Below are positions 47,941-57,862 of a stretch of 64,000 nt of DNA, piece after piece. The stretch lies in NCBI GenBank assembly GCA_039811685.1, contig JBDHZC010000001.1:64001-128000 (forward strand). Reading direction: 5' to 3'. The stretch is from Armatimonadota bacterium (GTDB taxonomy: Bacteria > Armatimonadota > UBA5829 > DSUL01). The translations under genes and the position numbers were made by a program. The notes under the pieces are model-generated. The model did no database searches. It was not told the origin of the DNA and saw nothing but the letters and a program-made list of their open reading frames with translations. Within the stretch, counting starts at the first letter, position 1. Every line of letters begins with the position of its first letter.

Positions 47941-48822
47941 TCAGTTACCCTCGTAATAGACCCACTTCGCTGAAGATCGAAAGACAATCAGCGTACAGAT
48001 GAGCGTGATGACAAACAGCACCCACGCCAAGGCACAGGCGTACCCCATCTTGAAGTACTGGAATGCGTTATCAAAGAGATAGAGCGCATAAAACAGTGTA
48101 GAGAGCTCCGGACCTCCGCGCGTCATGATGAACGCCTGCGTGAAGTACTGAAAAGTCCCGATGACACCCGTAATTACGCTGAAGAGGATCACGGGAGAAA
48201 GCATTGGCAGTGTCACGAAGCGCGTCCTGCTCCACCAGCCAGCGCCGTCCAGATGAGCCGCTTCATAGAGATGCTCGGGAACACCCTGCAGACTCGCCAG
48301 ATAGATGACCATCGCTCCGCCGGCGCCCCAGACATCCATCAGAATAAAAGAAGGTTTGGACCACCTCGGATCGGTCAGCCAGCCAATCGAAGGTAATCCT
48401 ATGGAATTGAGCCCGGCGTTGAGAAGTCCGTATTCGCTGTTAAATATCCAGCGCCAGAGCATAGCGGTGGCTACGGCAGGAACGATGCTGGGAAGAAAGA
48501 AGAGCGTGCGATAGAGAGTGATTCCTCTCAGTCTCTGGTTCAGGAGCATGGCCAGCGCGATCGCCACCCCGATGGCAACTGGGATCTCCAGAAACATGAA
48601 CAACGTATTGAGAACCGCATAGCGCCAGAACTTCTCATCCCCAAGCAGCTCTGTGTAATTGCCCAGCCCCACAAACACAGGCGCGCGCATCAGAGGGTAG
48701 TCTGTCAGGCTCAGGTAGGCTGAAGCTATGACAGGGCCCAGCGCAAACACCACGAAGCCAATCAGCCAGGGGCTGGTAAAGGCCAGCCCGACTAACATTT
48801 TCTTTCTCGTGCGCGACGTCAT
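47941..48822 (-). CDS. carbohydrate ABC permease (MalF-like)
   Basis: FVGLGNY, LYEAAHLDGAG, TLPMLSP. Confidence 0.93.
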   Translation of the reverse strand: MTSRTRKKMLVGLAFTSPWLIGFVVFALGPVIASAYLSLTDYPLMRAPVFVGLGNYTELLGDEKFWRYAVLNTLFMFLEIPVAIGVAIALAMLLNQRLRGITLYRTLFFLPSIVPAVATAMLWRWIFNSEYGLLNAGLNSIGLPSIGWLTDPRWSKPSFILMDVWGAGGAMVIYLASLQGVPEHLYEAAHLDGAGWWSRTRFVTLPMLSPVILFSVITGVIGTFQYFTQAFIMTRGGPELSTLFYALYLFDNAFQYFKMGYACALAWVLFVITLICTLIVFRSSAKWVYYEGN

Positions 48823-50204
48823 CGTTGGCGAGCCCTGACCGATCGTCGAAGCTCGCGCATCACCCTGACCTGTGCGTCACTCAGGGCTTTCTCGGGGGAT
48901 TTGTGCCCGTAAATGACAAAGTCCTTTGCTTCATTGAGCTCCGTCTGGTAGATGCCAGACACGGGCGTGTTCGGAAACACAAAGGCATCAGGACTGCCTG
49001 CAATCCGGCAGAACTTCCCAAAGTTGATTCTGGCTTCGCTCCCCGAGGTCAGTGAGGGGATACGCTGACAGGCCGTGACGTTTGGCACGTTGTTGATAGC
49101 CTCGGCAAAGCGAGCCTGCACCACAGAGCGCTGTAGCCAGACCAGGAAGTCCCAGGCCTCCCTTTTGTGACGTGAACCTGCGGGGATGACGCAAGGATTA
49201 CCGCCGACCACCGTAGCCATTCTGATCTCGGGTTGAGATTTTGCCGATGGGATCGGCGCGACGCGGTAGCGTCCCTGAAGGTGCGGAGCATACTTTGGAA
49301 TCCACCCTGGAATCCACTCACCAGAGATCATCATTGCGGCTTTTCCAGTGAAAAACGGGTTGTTTTCGCCTTGGGTTTGACCATAGCCGGACTCAAACGC
49401 GGTCACCCGATCTGCGCCGCCCAATGCTTCCAGCAGTCTGCCGTAATACCTGAAAGCGGCGATATTGACAGGCGCATCAGCGGTTGGCAAGTTGTTCCTG
49501 TCATCCCAGAGCTGCGCTCCAAAGGCCGCCAGCACAGCATTAATAGACGGCGCCATCAAACCCAGGCGAACCGTCCGGCCTTTTTCGTCGCGAACGCTCA
49601 GCGATCGAGCGTAGCGCAGCAGTTCGTCCAGGTCTTTTGGAGGGCGGTCTGGTGGCAGTCCGGCTGATCGAAACGCATCCATGTTCCAGAAGAGTGCCGT
49701 TGCGTCCAGGAGCAGCGGGAGCGCATACAGCTTGCCTTGCGCCTGACAGACTCTCAGTCCAGCAGGCGTCAGTTCACGGCGCTTCAGTCTGGAGGTATCC
49801 ATGTAGGAATCGAGCTGCGTCAAGGCTCCGTTGTAAGCAAGAGGTCCCAGATTGGCTGGATTCCAGAGAAATGCCAGATCTGGAGGATCGCCGGCGACGA
49901 TAGCCCGGATTGTCTTCGTGTCGTCGTTGACTCCACCCAGATTGTCCACCCACACCCTGCTCTGCTCAGTGTTGTAGCTGTCCACCAGCCGCTGGAAAGC
50001 CTGGCCCTCCTTGCCAGTCCATCCAGACCAGAGCTTGACCACTGTGGGCCCCGATGGAGTAGTCGTTTGCGGACCGCATCCGCCCACGGCTGCACTCACG
50101 GCGCCAACGATCAGGAGTCGCCCAATTTGTCGCATTATCCTGAGGCTGGAAGCAGCAAGCAGGCACACGCGCGCAGTCATGCTGGCAAGGTTCGTCACGG
50201 ACAC
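48819..50204 (-). CDS. carbohydrate ABC substrate-binding lipoprotein
   Basis: Lipobox AVGGC; GDPPD, LYALP, LFWN..F..AGL, GKAAM..GEW; start may be the internal ATG of MRQIG. Confidence 0.88.
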   Translation of the reverse strand: MSVTNLASMTARVCLLAASSLRIMRQIGRLLIVGAVSAAVGGCGPQTTTPSGPTVVKLWSGWTGKEGQAFQRLVDSYNTEQSRVWVDNLGGVNDDTKTIRAIVAGDPPDLAFLWNPANLGPLAYNGALTQLDSYMDTSRLKRRELTPAGLRVCQAQGKLYALPLLLDATALFWNMDAFRSAGLPPDRPPKDLDELLRYARSLSVRDEKGRTVRLGLMAPSINAVLAAFGAQLWDDRNNLPTADAPVNIAAFRYYGRLLEALGGADRVTAFESGYGQTQGENNPFFTGKAAMMISGEWIPGWIPKYAPHLQGRYRVAPIPSAKSQPEIRMATVVGGNPCVIPAGSRHKREAWDFLVWLQRSVVQARFAEAINNVPNVTACQRIPSLTSGSEARINFGKFCRIAGSPDAFVFPNTPVSGIYQTELNEAKDFVIYGHKSPEKALSDAQVRVMRELRRSVRARQR

Positions 50205-50342
50205 TCAAATCCCTGCGTCTAGCGCTCTGAAGAAGGAGGACTGGCGGTCGGGGTTTTCAGTGTGCACGGAGGCCCGTGCGCCTCACTGACTGGCGGTCCA
50301 GTTTTCCGCAGAGCGCGTGTGTTATTAGCTGCTTCGGAGATT

Positions 50343-50834
50343 TCAGCGCTCGTGGGCGTTTCCGGGCTTTTCTCCACTGGATGGCGCGCGCTTGATGTGC
50401 TGTTTCATGATCGGCTCCACGCCAGCTCCGAACTGCTGTACCAACTCCGAGCCGAGATACCCCGCACGCAACACACTGATAACAGCAATCAGCAGAAAAC
50501 CAAGATAGACAGTGGAACCGGCGCGGCGGATAGCCGGGCGCGCGTCCACAACGATGCGTCCGATGACCAGCACTCCCGTCAGCACAAGTGTCAGGACACC
50601 CGCCTGCATATGAGTGCGAATATGTGGCTCAATGTTGGGGATTGACCTGGCGGCTGACTGCGCCTGCAAACCGGTGAAGTAGGACGCCACAAGGCCGAAC
50701 AGCGCCAGAATCAGACAGTAGAAGCCCGCTTTGCGAAAAGACTCATCCTTGGTCACCACTCCGAGCAGATCAAAGATGAAGCTCACTACGAGCAGGGCTA
50801 TGGGAAAGTGAACCGTAACAGGATGTATGCTCAA
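50343..50834 (-). CDS. DUF2231 family membrane protein
   Basis: HPVTVHFPIALL, H in the third helix, GYLGSELV..GAG; TTG start chosen over the longer shadow ORF. Confidence 0.85.
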   Translation of the reverse strand: MSIHPVTVHFPIALLVVSFIFDLLGVVTKDESFRKAGFYCLILALFGLVASYFTGLQAQSAARSIPNIEPHIRTHMQAGVLTLVLTGVLVIGRIVVDARPAIRRAGSTVYLGFLLIAVISVLRAGYLGSELVQQFGAGVEPIMKQHIKRAPSSGEKPGNAHER

Positions 50835-50874
50835 AGGGTCGTCGTTCTCCCTGAAGACATTGCTGCAATCGCAA

Positions 50875-52836
50875 CTAGCGGACTCTGGCTCCTGGCGGCG
50901 CCTGTGCGTCAGGCTGCAACAGAATAGCCCGCCCGTCGGTATCAGCAGCCAGCAGCATTCCCTGTGACTCCACGCCGCGGATTTTTGCCGGAGCGAGATT
51001 TGCAAGCAGGACAACGGTTTTTCCGGCCAGCTCCGCAGGATCGTAAAATTCGGCAATCCCCGCAACGACCGACCGAAGCTTGCCCTCGCCTGCGTCTACG
51101 CTCAAGTGGAACAGCTTGTCAGCTCCCTGAACCTTCTCAGCACTTACAATCCTTGCCACCCGAATGTCAAGCTTCTTGAACTCCTCGAAGGAGATCACGT
51201 TAGCGGAGGCAGCCTCATCTGACTTTTTCTTTGGGGAAGTCCCCGCGGCTGCTCCGGTCTCAGGCTTTCGCTTCTTTGTGTCGATCCTCGGAAATGTCGG
51301 GTCTGCGCTGCCTGCTTTGGCGCCACTCCGGAGCCCGCCAAACTGTGTAGATTCAGGCAGTTTCTGCACAGCGGGTGATCCCGGTATTCCGAGCTGAGTC
51401 CACATCTTCTCAGAGGCGCACGGCATGAAAGGAGCCACCAGCACTGTCACTATTCGCGCTGTTTCGAGCGCGTTGTACAGCACATCCGCCAACTCCTGTT
51501 CTTTGCCTTCTCTGTGAAGCGCCCAGGGAGCGCTCTGTTCCACATATTTGTTGCCAGCGCTTACAAGGCTCCAGACTGCTTCCAGAGCGTGAGAAAACCG
51601 CACGTTTTCGAGCGCTTCAACGTACTGAGTCGTAGCCTCCTCAGCCAGCTTTGCCAGAGCGTCGTCTTTTCGGCTCACCGGAGGGATTTCACCTCCAAAC
51701 CATTTGTGCAGCATGGAGAGCGTGCGATTCAGCAGATTCCCAAGATCGTTCGCCAGATCTGAGTTGAAATGCTGAATCAGCGTCGCGCGCGAGAAGTCTC
51801 CGTCCGTGCCGAAAGGCACTGCTCGAAGCAGGTAGTAGCGCACAGCATCGGACGCCACGTTCTTCTCGCACCCCGACAATTCAGCAAGCTCCGTAACAAG
51901 CTCAGTCGGATAGATCGCGTTGCCTTTGCTCTTGGAAATCTTCTCGCCTTCAATAGTCCAGAACCCATGTCCGAAGAAGATGTCTGGCAACTCCACACCC
52001 AGAGCCATCAGCATCGCTGGCCAAAGCGTGCAGTGGAAGCGCACAAAGATATCCTTGCCCATCATCTGGACGCTTGGAGGCCACCACCTGGCGAACTTTT
52101 CATCATCCTGCAGGTAGCCGGCGACTGTCAGATAGTTGATCAGCGCATCAAACCAGACATAAATCACCTGACTGTCATTGCCAGGCACCGGAATTCCCCA
52201 GCCAGTGTTGATCCGGCTGCACGACTGATCCTTCAGTCCGGACTTGGCAAATGCCATAACTTCGTTGGCGCGGTAGTCAGGACGGAGCCAGCCGGGATGG
52301 GTCTCCATATACTCAATCAATCTGTCCTGATATTTGGAGAGCCGGAAGAAGTAGTTCTCCTCTCTTACCCACGTGAGGGGTTTGCGGCATTCAGGGTTGG
52401 GACAGCGCTCGTCTGTCACTTCAGCCGGTGTGAAGAAGGTCTCGTCCGAAACGCAGTACCAGCCTTCATAGCTGCCGAGATAGATATCGTCCTGCTCCAG
52501 AAGTTTCTGAAAAATCGCCTGGACAACCTTGACATGGCGTGGCTCCGGTGTGCGGATGTAGTCGTCAAAGCCAATCTCAAGCGCCGACCACTGTTGCTTG
52601 AACTTCGGCTCCATCTCATCCACATAAGCCCGCGCGTCCTTCCCAAGAGACTGAGCGACATCGAGCACTTTTTGCGCATGTTCGTCTGTGCCCGTGGCGA
52701 ACAATACGTCCTGTCCGAGCAGCCTGTGAAAACGGGCTAGCACGTCACACGCTATCGTGGTGTACGCATTTCCTATGTGCGGCACATCGTTGACGTAGTA
52801 GATGGGTGTGGTTATGTAGAACGTATCGGTCGGCAA
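50875..52836 (-). CDS. metG: methionine-tRNA ligase with C-terminal tRNA-binding domain
   Basis: YITTPIYYVN..HIGN, YVWFDAL, KISKS, NDLGNL, OB-fold tail (RGVESQGMLL); TTG after GGAGG. Confidence 0.97.
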   Translation of the reverse strand: MPTDTFYITTPIYYVNDVPHIGNAYTTIACDVLARFHRLLGQDVLFATGTDEHAQKVLDVAQSLGKDARAYVDEMEPKFKQQWSALEIGFDDYIRTPEPRHVKVVQAIFQKLLEQDDIYLGSYEGWYCVSDETFFTPAEVTDERCPNPECRKPLTWVREENYFFRLSKYQDRLIEYMETHPGWLRPDYRANEVMAFAKSGLKDQSCSRINTGWGIPVPGNDSQVIYVWFDALINYLTVAGYLQDDEKFARWWPPSVQMMGKDIFVRFHCTLWPAMLMALGVELPDIFFGHGFWTIEGEKISKSKGNAIYPTELVTELAELSGCEKNVASDAVRYYLLRAVPFGTDGDFSRATLIQHFNSDLANDLGNLLNRTLSMLHKWFGGEIPPVSRKDDALAKLAEEATTQYVEALENVRFSHALEAVWSLVSAGNKYVEQSAPWALHREGKEQELADVLYNALETARIVTVLVAPFMPCASEKMWTQLGIPGSPAVQKLPESTQFGGLRSGAKAGSADPTFPRIDTKKRKPETGAAAGTSPKKKSDEAASANVISFEEFKKLDIRVARIVSAEKVQGADKLFHLSVDAGEGKLRSVVAGIAEFYDPAELAGKTVVLLANLAPAKIRGVESQGMLLAADTDGRAILLQPDAQAPPGARVR

Positions 52837-52933
52837 AGTGCTCCTCCAGCGTGAAGTATACACGATTCTATTCTCGCTTCGGAACACTTGCTTTCCGTGC
52901 GAAGAGACCGGGCGGGGCGGGAAATATGAGGAT

Positions 52934-53941
52934 ATGAAAGCAGCGGTTTACAGACAGTTTGGAGCGGCCGAGGACGTCCTGACACTCGAGAGTCTTCCGG
53001 ACCCGACGCCTGGTGAAGGAGAGGTGTTGGTCAGGGTGCGCACCTCAGGGGTGAATCCCTCTGACGTCAAGTCGCGCCAGGGCCTGTTCAAACGCTCAAA
53101 GGTCTTTGATCTGATCGTCCCGCAAAGTGATGGATCCGGGGTGGTCGAGGCGATAGGCAGTGGCGTAGGGCGCTGGCAGCCCGGGGACCGGGTCTTCATT
53201 TTCAATGCTCAGTGGCAACGCGCATTAGGAACTGCTGCGGAGCTCTGCGTGATTCCGGAGGACCTGCTCGCGCCACTACCGGAAGATGTCTCTTTTGAAG
53301 CTGGCGCGACGCTCGGCATTCCGTTGATGACTGCGTGCGAAGCTGTCTTTGCCGGTAATCCGGACAGTAAAATTGTCAGTGATTCCCTGCGCGGCAAGAC
53401 AGTTCTGGTCTCCGGCGGCGCGGGAGCTGTTGGTTGTTACGCTATTCAGATGGCAAAGTGGGGTGGGGCGCAGGTGCTCTCGACGGTCAGCACTGATGAG
53501 AAAGCCGCTATTGCTCGAAATGCTGGAGCAGACGTAACAATCAATTACAAACAAGAGGACGTAGCCGCCAGAGTCCTGGAGTTGACCAGCGGCGAAGGAG
53601 TTGACCGCGCTATCGAGGTGAATCTCGGCCAGAATTTGACGATATGCTCCCGCGTTGTGAAGCCGCATGGCGTGATACTGGTGTACGGCTCAGATGACGC
53701 TCAGACACTGCTACCGGTGCATCATCTGCTGATGAAGGCTGTCCTGATGCAATTTATCCTCGTGTATATTCTGACGCCGGACGAGCGGATGCGAGTACTC
53801 AACGCCATAGCCGCGTTTTTGTCAGACGGCGCGTTCCGTCCTCACATCGCGCGCACTTTTACCCTCGAAGAAATCGTCGAGGCACACAAGCTGCAGGAGT
53901 CTGGAAAGGCCATTGGCAATATTGTCCTCAAAGTCTCGTAG
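52934..53941 (+). CDS. NADPH:quinone reductase (zeta-crystallin-like MDR)
   Basis: SGVNPSD, PQSDGSG, GGAGAVG, AH..ESGK. Confidence 0.9.
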   Translation: MKAAVYRQFGAAEDVLTLESLPDPTPGEGEVLVRVRTSGVNPSDVKSRQGLFKRSKVFDLIVPQSDGSGVVEAIGSGVGRWQPGDRVFIFNAQWQRALGTAAELCVIPEDLLAPLPEDVSFEAGATLGIPLMTACEAVFAGNPDSKIVSDSLRGKTVLVSGGAGAVGCYAIQMAKWGGAQVLSTVSTDEKAAIARNAGADVTINYKQEDVAARVLELTSGEGVDRAIEVNLGQNLTICSRVVKPHGVILVYGSDDAQTLLPVHHLLMKAVLMQFILVYILTPDERMRVLNAIAAFLSDGAFRPHIARTFTLEEIVEAHKLQESGKAIGNIVLKVS

Positions 53942-54018
53942 TTTTCGCGGCAACTTATAGCCGTGGCCATAGAGTGCCGCAGTCTTTCACAGACAGATGC
54001 GGCTGTACGCGCTGTCAG

Positions 54019-54579
54019 CTAGATTTCGTACTCGCCAGTGAGGAGTCTCTTGATGATCTCGGCGTTTGCCTCCGGCATTTTCAGCGACTTTAGCTCCCGC
54101 AAAGGCATCCACTGAATGGCGTCACTGTCAAGCGCCTGTGCCGTACCGCTGATGACGCGACAGAGATAGGGTTGCAGAATGATGCGCTTATTCTTGTACT
54201 CAAAGCGCACTGGCAGCAATTCGCGGACTACCTCCACGTTGAGTCCGGTCTCCTCCAGCACCTCCCGCACCACGCACTGAGCGTAGGACTCACCTGGTTT
54301 CCGCTTGCCGCCGGGAAACTCCCAGTAGCCGCCAAGAAAAGCGCCACGCTTTCTGCGAGCTACCAGAACTGAACCTTCCCGCTCGATAATGCCAACGGCT
54401 GCGTACTCCGTTGGAAGCTGAGGGCGCGGCTTGTAATTGGCCTGGGCGTTCGAAATACTACCGTTTGAGTCACTCAAGGTGTGTGGTCTCCAGCCGGGTC
54501 TGTATGAAGCTCTGCGATTTTTCTCATCGGGCTTGGAAGTGGCAGGATGGCAAGCTCCTCTACGCTCGCGAGCCTCCAC
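54019..54579 (-). CDS. mutT: MutT-like Nudix hydrolase
   Basis: WEFPGGK..GES..CVVREVLEETG Nudix box; start uncertain (GTG 54579 lies inside mutY; conserved core begins near 54410). Confidence 0.8.
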   Translation of the reverse strand: MEARERRGACHPATSKPDEKNRRASYRPGWRPHTLSDSNGSISNAQANYKPRPQLPTEYAAVGIIEREGSVLVARRKRGAFLGGYWEFPGGKRKPGESYAQCVVREVLEETGLNVEVVRELLPVRFEYKNKRIILQPYLCRVISGTAQALDSDAIQWMPLRELKSLKMPEANAEIIKRLLTGEYEI

Positions 54580-55547
54580 TCACCGGGCACTCCCGTTGGC
54601 GCCGATGGCAAGTGACACTTCAGCACGTGCAGCGAAATTGCATAGCGTGTCACTTGGTGACGCACTGCCCCAGCATATTCAAAATCCTCTACGTCCGCCC
54701 ACCCGCAGTCGTTGAGCAGTCTGCGTATAGCTTCTTCAGGGTCTGGTATTGCCAGAGTGCGTGGAAACTCCCACATTCCCCTCCATCTGCCATCACTCGG
54801 ACGGCTTAGCAGCCACCGATCCGCCCACCGAGCGACCACACACACCTCCTGCCGCCGTTGGATAACTTGTTTTTTGGGAACCGACCCATACCAGTCAAAA
54901 CTTCGCAGAGTTGACGCTTTACAGAGGCTTTCCAGAGGGCACTCAGCGCAATTCGGCTGTCCTGCAGTGCATACGAGCGCTCCAATCTCCATCATCGCCT
55001 GATTGACAATGCGCGGCGTCCCGGCTGTGGAGACGTCCAGAGATGCCTGCCATACCTGCTGCTCTGCCCGCGGTGCGTGTGCGACAATGCCCAGGATGCG
55101 GCCAAGGAGCCTTCGAGCATTCGCATCCACCATTGGGGACGGCCGATTGAACGCTATCGCGCGTATTGCCCCTGCGGTGTAAGCTCCGATACCAGGCAGC
55201 CTTTGCAGATCGCGCAAATCCTCCGGAAGTTCTGCGCCATTGTTCACCAGCAAGCGCGCCGTCTTCAGAAGGTTGCGAGCGCGCGTGTAGTAACCAAGTC
55301 TTGACCACGCCGCGAGGACGTCTTCTTCACTCGACTGAGCAAGTGACTGAAGAGTAGGAAAGAGTTTGATGAAACGCTCGAAGAACGGCCGTACAGTCTG
55401 CACAGTCGTCTGCTGCAACATGACCTCAGATATCCAGATGCGGTAAGGTGACGTGTCCTCGCGCCAGGGAAGTTGGCGTGCGGCTTTTACAAACCAAACC
55501 GTCAAGTATTCAGCGACCTCAGCGGCCCCGTGCCGACCGGTAAACAT
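54474..55547 (-). CDS. mutY: A/G-specific adenine glycosylase
   Basis: RQLPWR, PYRIWISEVMLQQT, LGYYTRARNL, LPGIGAYTA, C-x6-C-x2-C-x5-C, GMWEFP. Confidence 0.95.
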   Translation of the reverse strand: MFTGRHGAAEVAEYLTVWFVKAARQLPWREDTSPYRIWISEVMLQQTTVQTVRPFFERFIKLFPTLQSLAQSSEEDVLAAWSRLGYYTRARNLLKTARLLVNNGAELPEDLRDLQRLPGIGAYTAGAIRAIAFNRPSPMVDANARRLLGRILGIVAHAPRAEQQVWQASLDVSTAGTPRIVNQAMMEIGALVCTAGQPNCAECPLESLCKASTLRSFDWYGSVPKKQVIQRRQEVCVVARWADRWLLSRPSDGRWRGMWEFPRTLAIPDPEEAIRRLLNDCGWADVEDFEYAGAVRHQVTRYAISLHVLKCHLPSAPTGVPGEWRLASVEELAILPLPSPMRKIAELHTDPAGDHTP

Positions 55548-55623
55548 CAGCAGGAGTATCTAACACAAGGCGCATCATTGCAAACCGCCCTGTGGTATAA
55601 CGCTGTCAGGGTAGAGAGGAACT

Positions 55624-56592
55624 GTGACAGGGCTGATGGCTTCTCGGGTGTCTGAAATCTTGACTATGCTCAAATCGTTCAAAGAGGCGCGAGCGCTTCT
55701 GAGCGCCTATGAGCTTGGCCTTCTGTCCCGCCTGGCGATGTCTGCGGTCAGTGCTGCGGAGCTTTCCCGCGAAAAAGACCTGGATGAACGCGCTGTCAGA
55801 GCCCTTCTGGATGCTCTGGTTGCGATGCGAATTGTGCGCAAGAGAAACGGGCGCTACCGGTTGTCCTCCGCAGGTTCGCAGCTTATGGCGGATAGGGGCG
55901 AGACGCTCGATGATGCGTCCCTGGCCTGGCGGCAGTGGTCTGAAATGAATCAGGTTATTCAGCAGGGGCGTACGGTTGTGGACTCCGCGCAGGTGGTGGA
56001 GGAAGCGGAGCGCGCAAAGAAACGCCTGCAATCCGGGCTAGCTGATGAGTCGTGGGTACAGCGCTTGCCGATTGGCAACGCAAAGACAATTCTGGACGTG
56101 GGCGGAAGCGCGCCGGCAGAGCTTATTCGCCTGGCGCTTGCGCACCCTGATGTTCACTGCAGCGCGTTGCATCTTCCTGGGGTCGTCCCTGAAATTGAGC
56201 GGGCGGTAGAGCGTGCCGGAATGTCGGAGCGCATTGCGGTTATCCCTGGCAACTATCTCTTCGATCAACTGCCATCCGGATTTGACGTTGTCTGGATATC
56301 TGGAGTCCTGCCACTTCACGCCGAAGAGCCAAACCGAGCGCTGCTTCGCAACGCCTCCGAAGCTCTGAACTCTGGAGGGCGCGTCCTTATTCGGGATCTC
56401 CTGTTGGATGAAAAGCAGGCGACAGAGGTGGATCATACTCTGTTCCGGCTGCGGACTCTGGCCTCTCCCAACGCCGTGGAGGCTTATACAGTGCAGGATG
56501 TCATCCGGTGGCTCAGTGACGCGGGATTCATTGAAGCGACTTATCAGTGCTCAGGGGATATCGCCACTGTATCGGCTCTTGCCGGCGGCTAA
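55624..56592 (+). CDS. family-2 O-methyltransferase-like protein with dimerisation domain
   Basis: N-terminal winged helix (ELGLL..LLDALVA), LDVGG, GNYL..LPSGFD, LNSGGRVLI; SAM motif degenerate. Confidence 0.7.
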   Translation: MTGLMASRVSEILTMLKSFKEARALLSAYELGLLSRLAMSAVSAAELSREKDLDERAVRALLDALVAMRIVRKRNGRYRLSSAGSQLMADRGETLDDASLAWRQWSEMNQVIQQGRTVVDSAQVVEEAERAKKRLQSGLADESWVQRLPIGNAKTILDVGGSAPAELIRLALAHPDVHCSALHLPGVVPEIERAVERAGMSERIAVIPGNYLFDQLPSGFDVVWISGVLPLHAEEPNRALLRNASEALNSGGRVLIRDLLLDEKQATEVDHTLFRLRTLASPNAVEAYTVQDVIRWLSDAGFIEATYQCSGDIATVSALAGG

Positions 56593-57521
56593 AGCCCTTC
56601 GAGAGCCGCCATTATCGCAGCCGTATCCTGAAGCCGGTCGCCAAGTTGTGAAGGGAGAATCCGGCACTGAGCGGCGCTCTGTGGCAAAGCCTCCTTCTCG
56701 ACAATGCTGGACGCCTGCTCCAGATACCACCCAGGCAGACGCCCAGCCAGACTGCCCAGGCTAATCATCTCGGGATTGAGCAAATCTACCAGTATTGCCA
56801 TCGCCGCACCCAGCTTGTCGGCAGAAGTCCGAAGTACCTCCTCAGCCGCGGAGTCACCTTGTGCTGCCGCACTGATGACGGCTCTGGCGTCCGGTGGAAA
56901 CGGCCATTGTTCCGGGTGCAGATAAGCAGCCAATCGGCTGATTCCCGCTCCGCTTGCAAAGGCTTCCAGCGAGCCTCGTTTGCCGTAGGCCTCCGGGCCG
57001 TCCCGGGCGATGCGAAGATGGCCACTTTCGCCTGCTGTCCCGCCTGCTCCACGAAGGATCTGTCCATTTGCGATGACTCCCGCGCCAATGCCTGTGCCAA
57101 GCGTCAGGAAGATCAGGTTGCTGACTCCACGACCGGCGCCGAAGCGTTGCTCCGCCATAGCGCCTGCGCGGCCATCGTGCTCCATTCGACAATTCACCCC
57201 CGACCTGCGGGCGACGTCCGCGCGAATGTCACACTGCCATCCGGGAAGGTTGGGGGGAGACTGAAGGCGGCCTGCCTGCCAGTCCGCAGGCCCTCCTACA
57301 CTGATTCCTGCTGTATGAGGCTGCCAGTCTGGCGTCTGGTTCTTCAGCGATTCAAACTCCACGGAGAAACGCGCCAACCACTCCGGATAACCGCGCTCAG
57401 GTTCCGTGGGAAACTCCAGACGCGCAAGTATCGAACCATCGCTAACGCCCGCTACCAGAGCGGTCTTGGTTCCTCCGAGGTCAACTCCCAGGACGTGAAA
57501 GGCCGCTGGCAGTGGCTCCAA
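56589..57521 (-). CDS. ROK family sugar kinase
   Basis: GVDLGGT, PPNLPGW, LTLGTGIGAG, AGESGH, GSLE. Confidence 0.92.
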   Translation of the reverse strand: MEPLPAAFHVLGVDLGGTKTALVAGVSDGSILARLEFPTEPERGYPEWLARFSVEFESLKNQTPDWQPHTAGISVGGPADWQAGRLQSPPNLPGWQCDIRADVARRSGVNCRMEHDGRAGAMAEQRFGAGRGVSNLIFLTLGTGIGAGVIANGQILRGAGGTAGESGHLRIARDGPEAYGKRGSLEAFASGAGISRLAAYLHPEQWPFPPDARAVISAAAQGDSAAEEVLRTSADKLGAAMAILVDLLNPEMISLGSLAGRLPGWYLEQASSIVEKEALPQSAAQCRILPSQLGDRLQDTAAIMAALEGL

Positions 57522-57523
57522 CG

Positions 57524-57805
57524 TCAGGTCAGCTCATCGATAGCTTGCGCCAGAGTCAGGTCTTTGTCTGTAATGCCTCCAGCGTCGTGAGTAGTCAAAG
57601 ACAGACGTACACGGTTGTACCGGACGTCGATATCCGGGTGGTGGTTTGCTTCTTCGGCCGCCTCCGCTACGTCGCAGACGAAGTCAATCGCCTCCGTGAA
57701 AGAGGGAAACTCAAACGTCCGGACAACCGCGCCGTCTTCCAACTTCCATCCTTCAAGCTTGCCAAGTCTGCTCAGAACGTCACTTTCAGAATAAACCGTT
57801 GCCAT
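57524..57805 (-). CDS. phhB: pterin-4a-carbinolamine dehydratase
   Basis: AEEANHHPD, LTTHDAGGITDKD. Confidence 0.93.
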   Translation of the reverse strand: MATVYSESDVLSRLGKLEGWKLEDGAVVRTFEFPSFTEAIDFVCDVAEAAEEANHHPDIDVRYNRVRLSLTTHDAGGITDKDLTLAQAIDELT

Positions 57806-57862
57806 CGCTCGCCTTTTTCATTTCCCAATTCTGCGCCGTAGTCAGGCTGCAGTTCAGGCCAA

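Noticed and set aside
50875..52836. MetRS signature variants HIGN and KISKS as a special or resistant enzyme
   Set aside because: Such class I motif variants occur in ordinary MetRS; nothing else supports a special role
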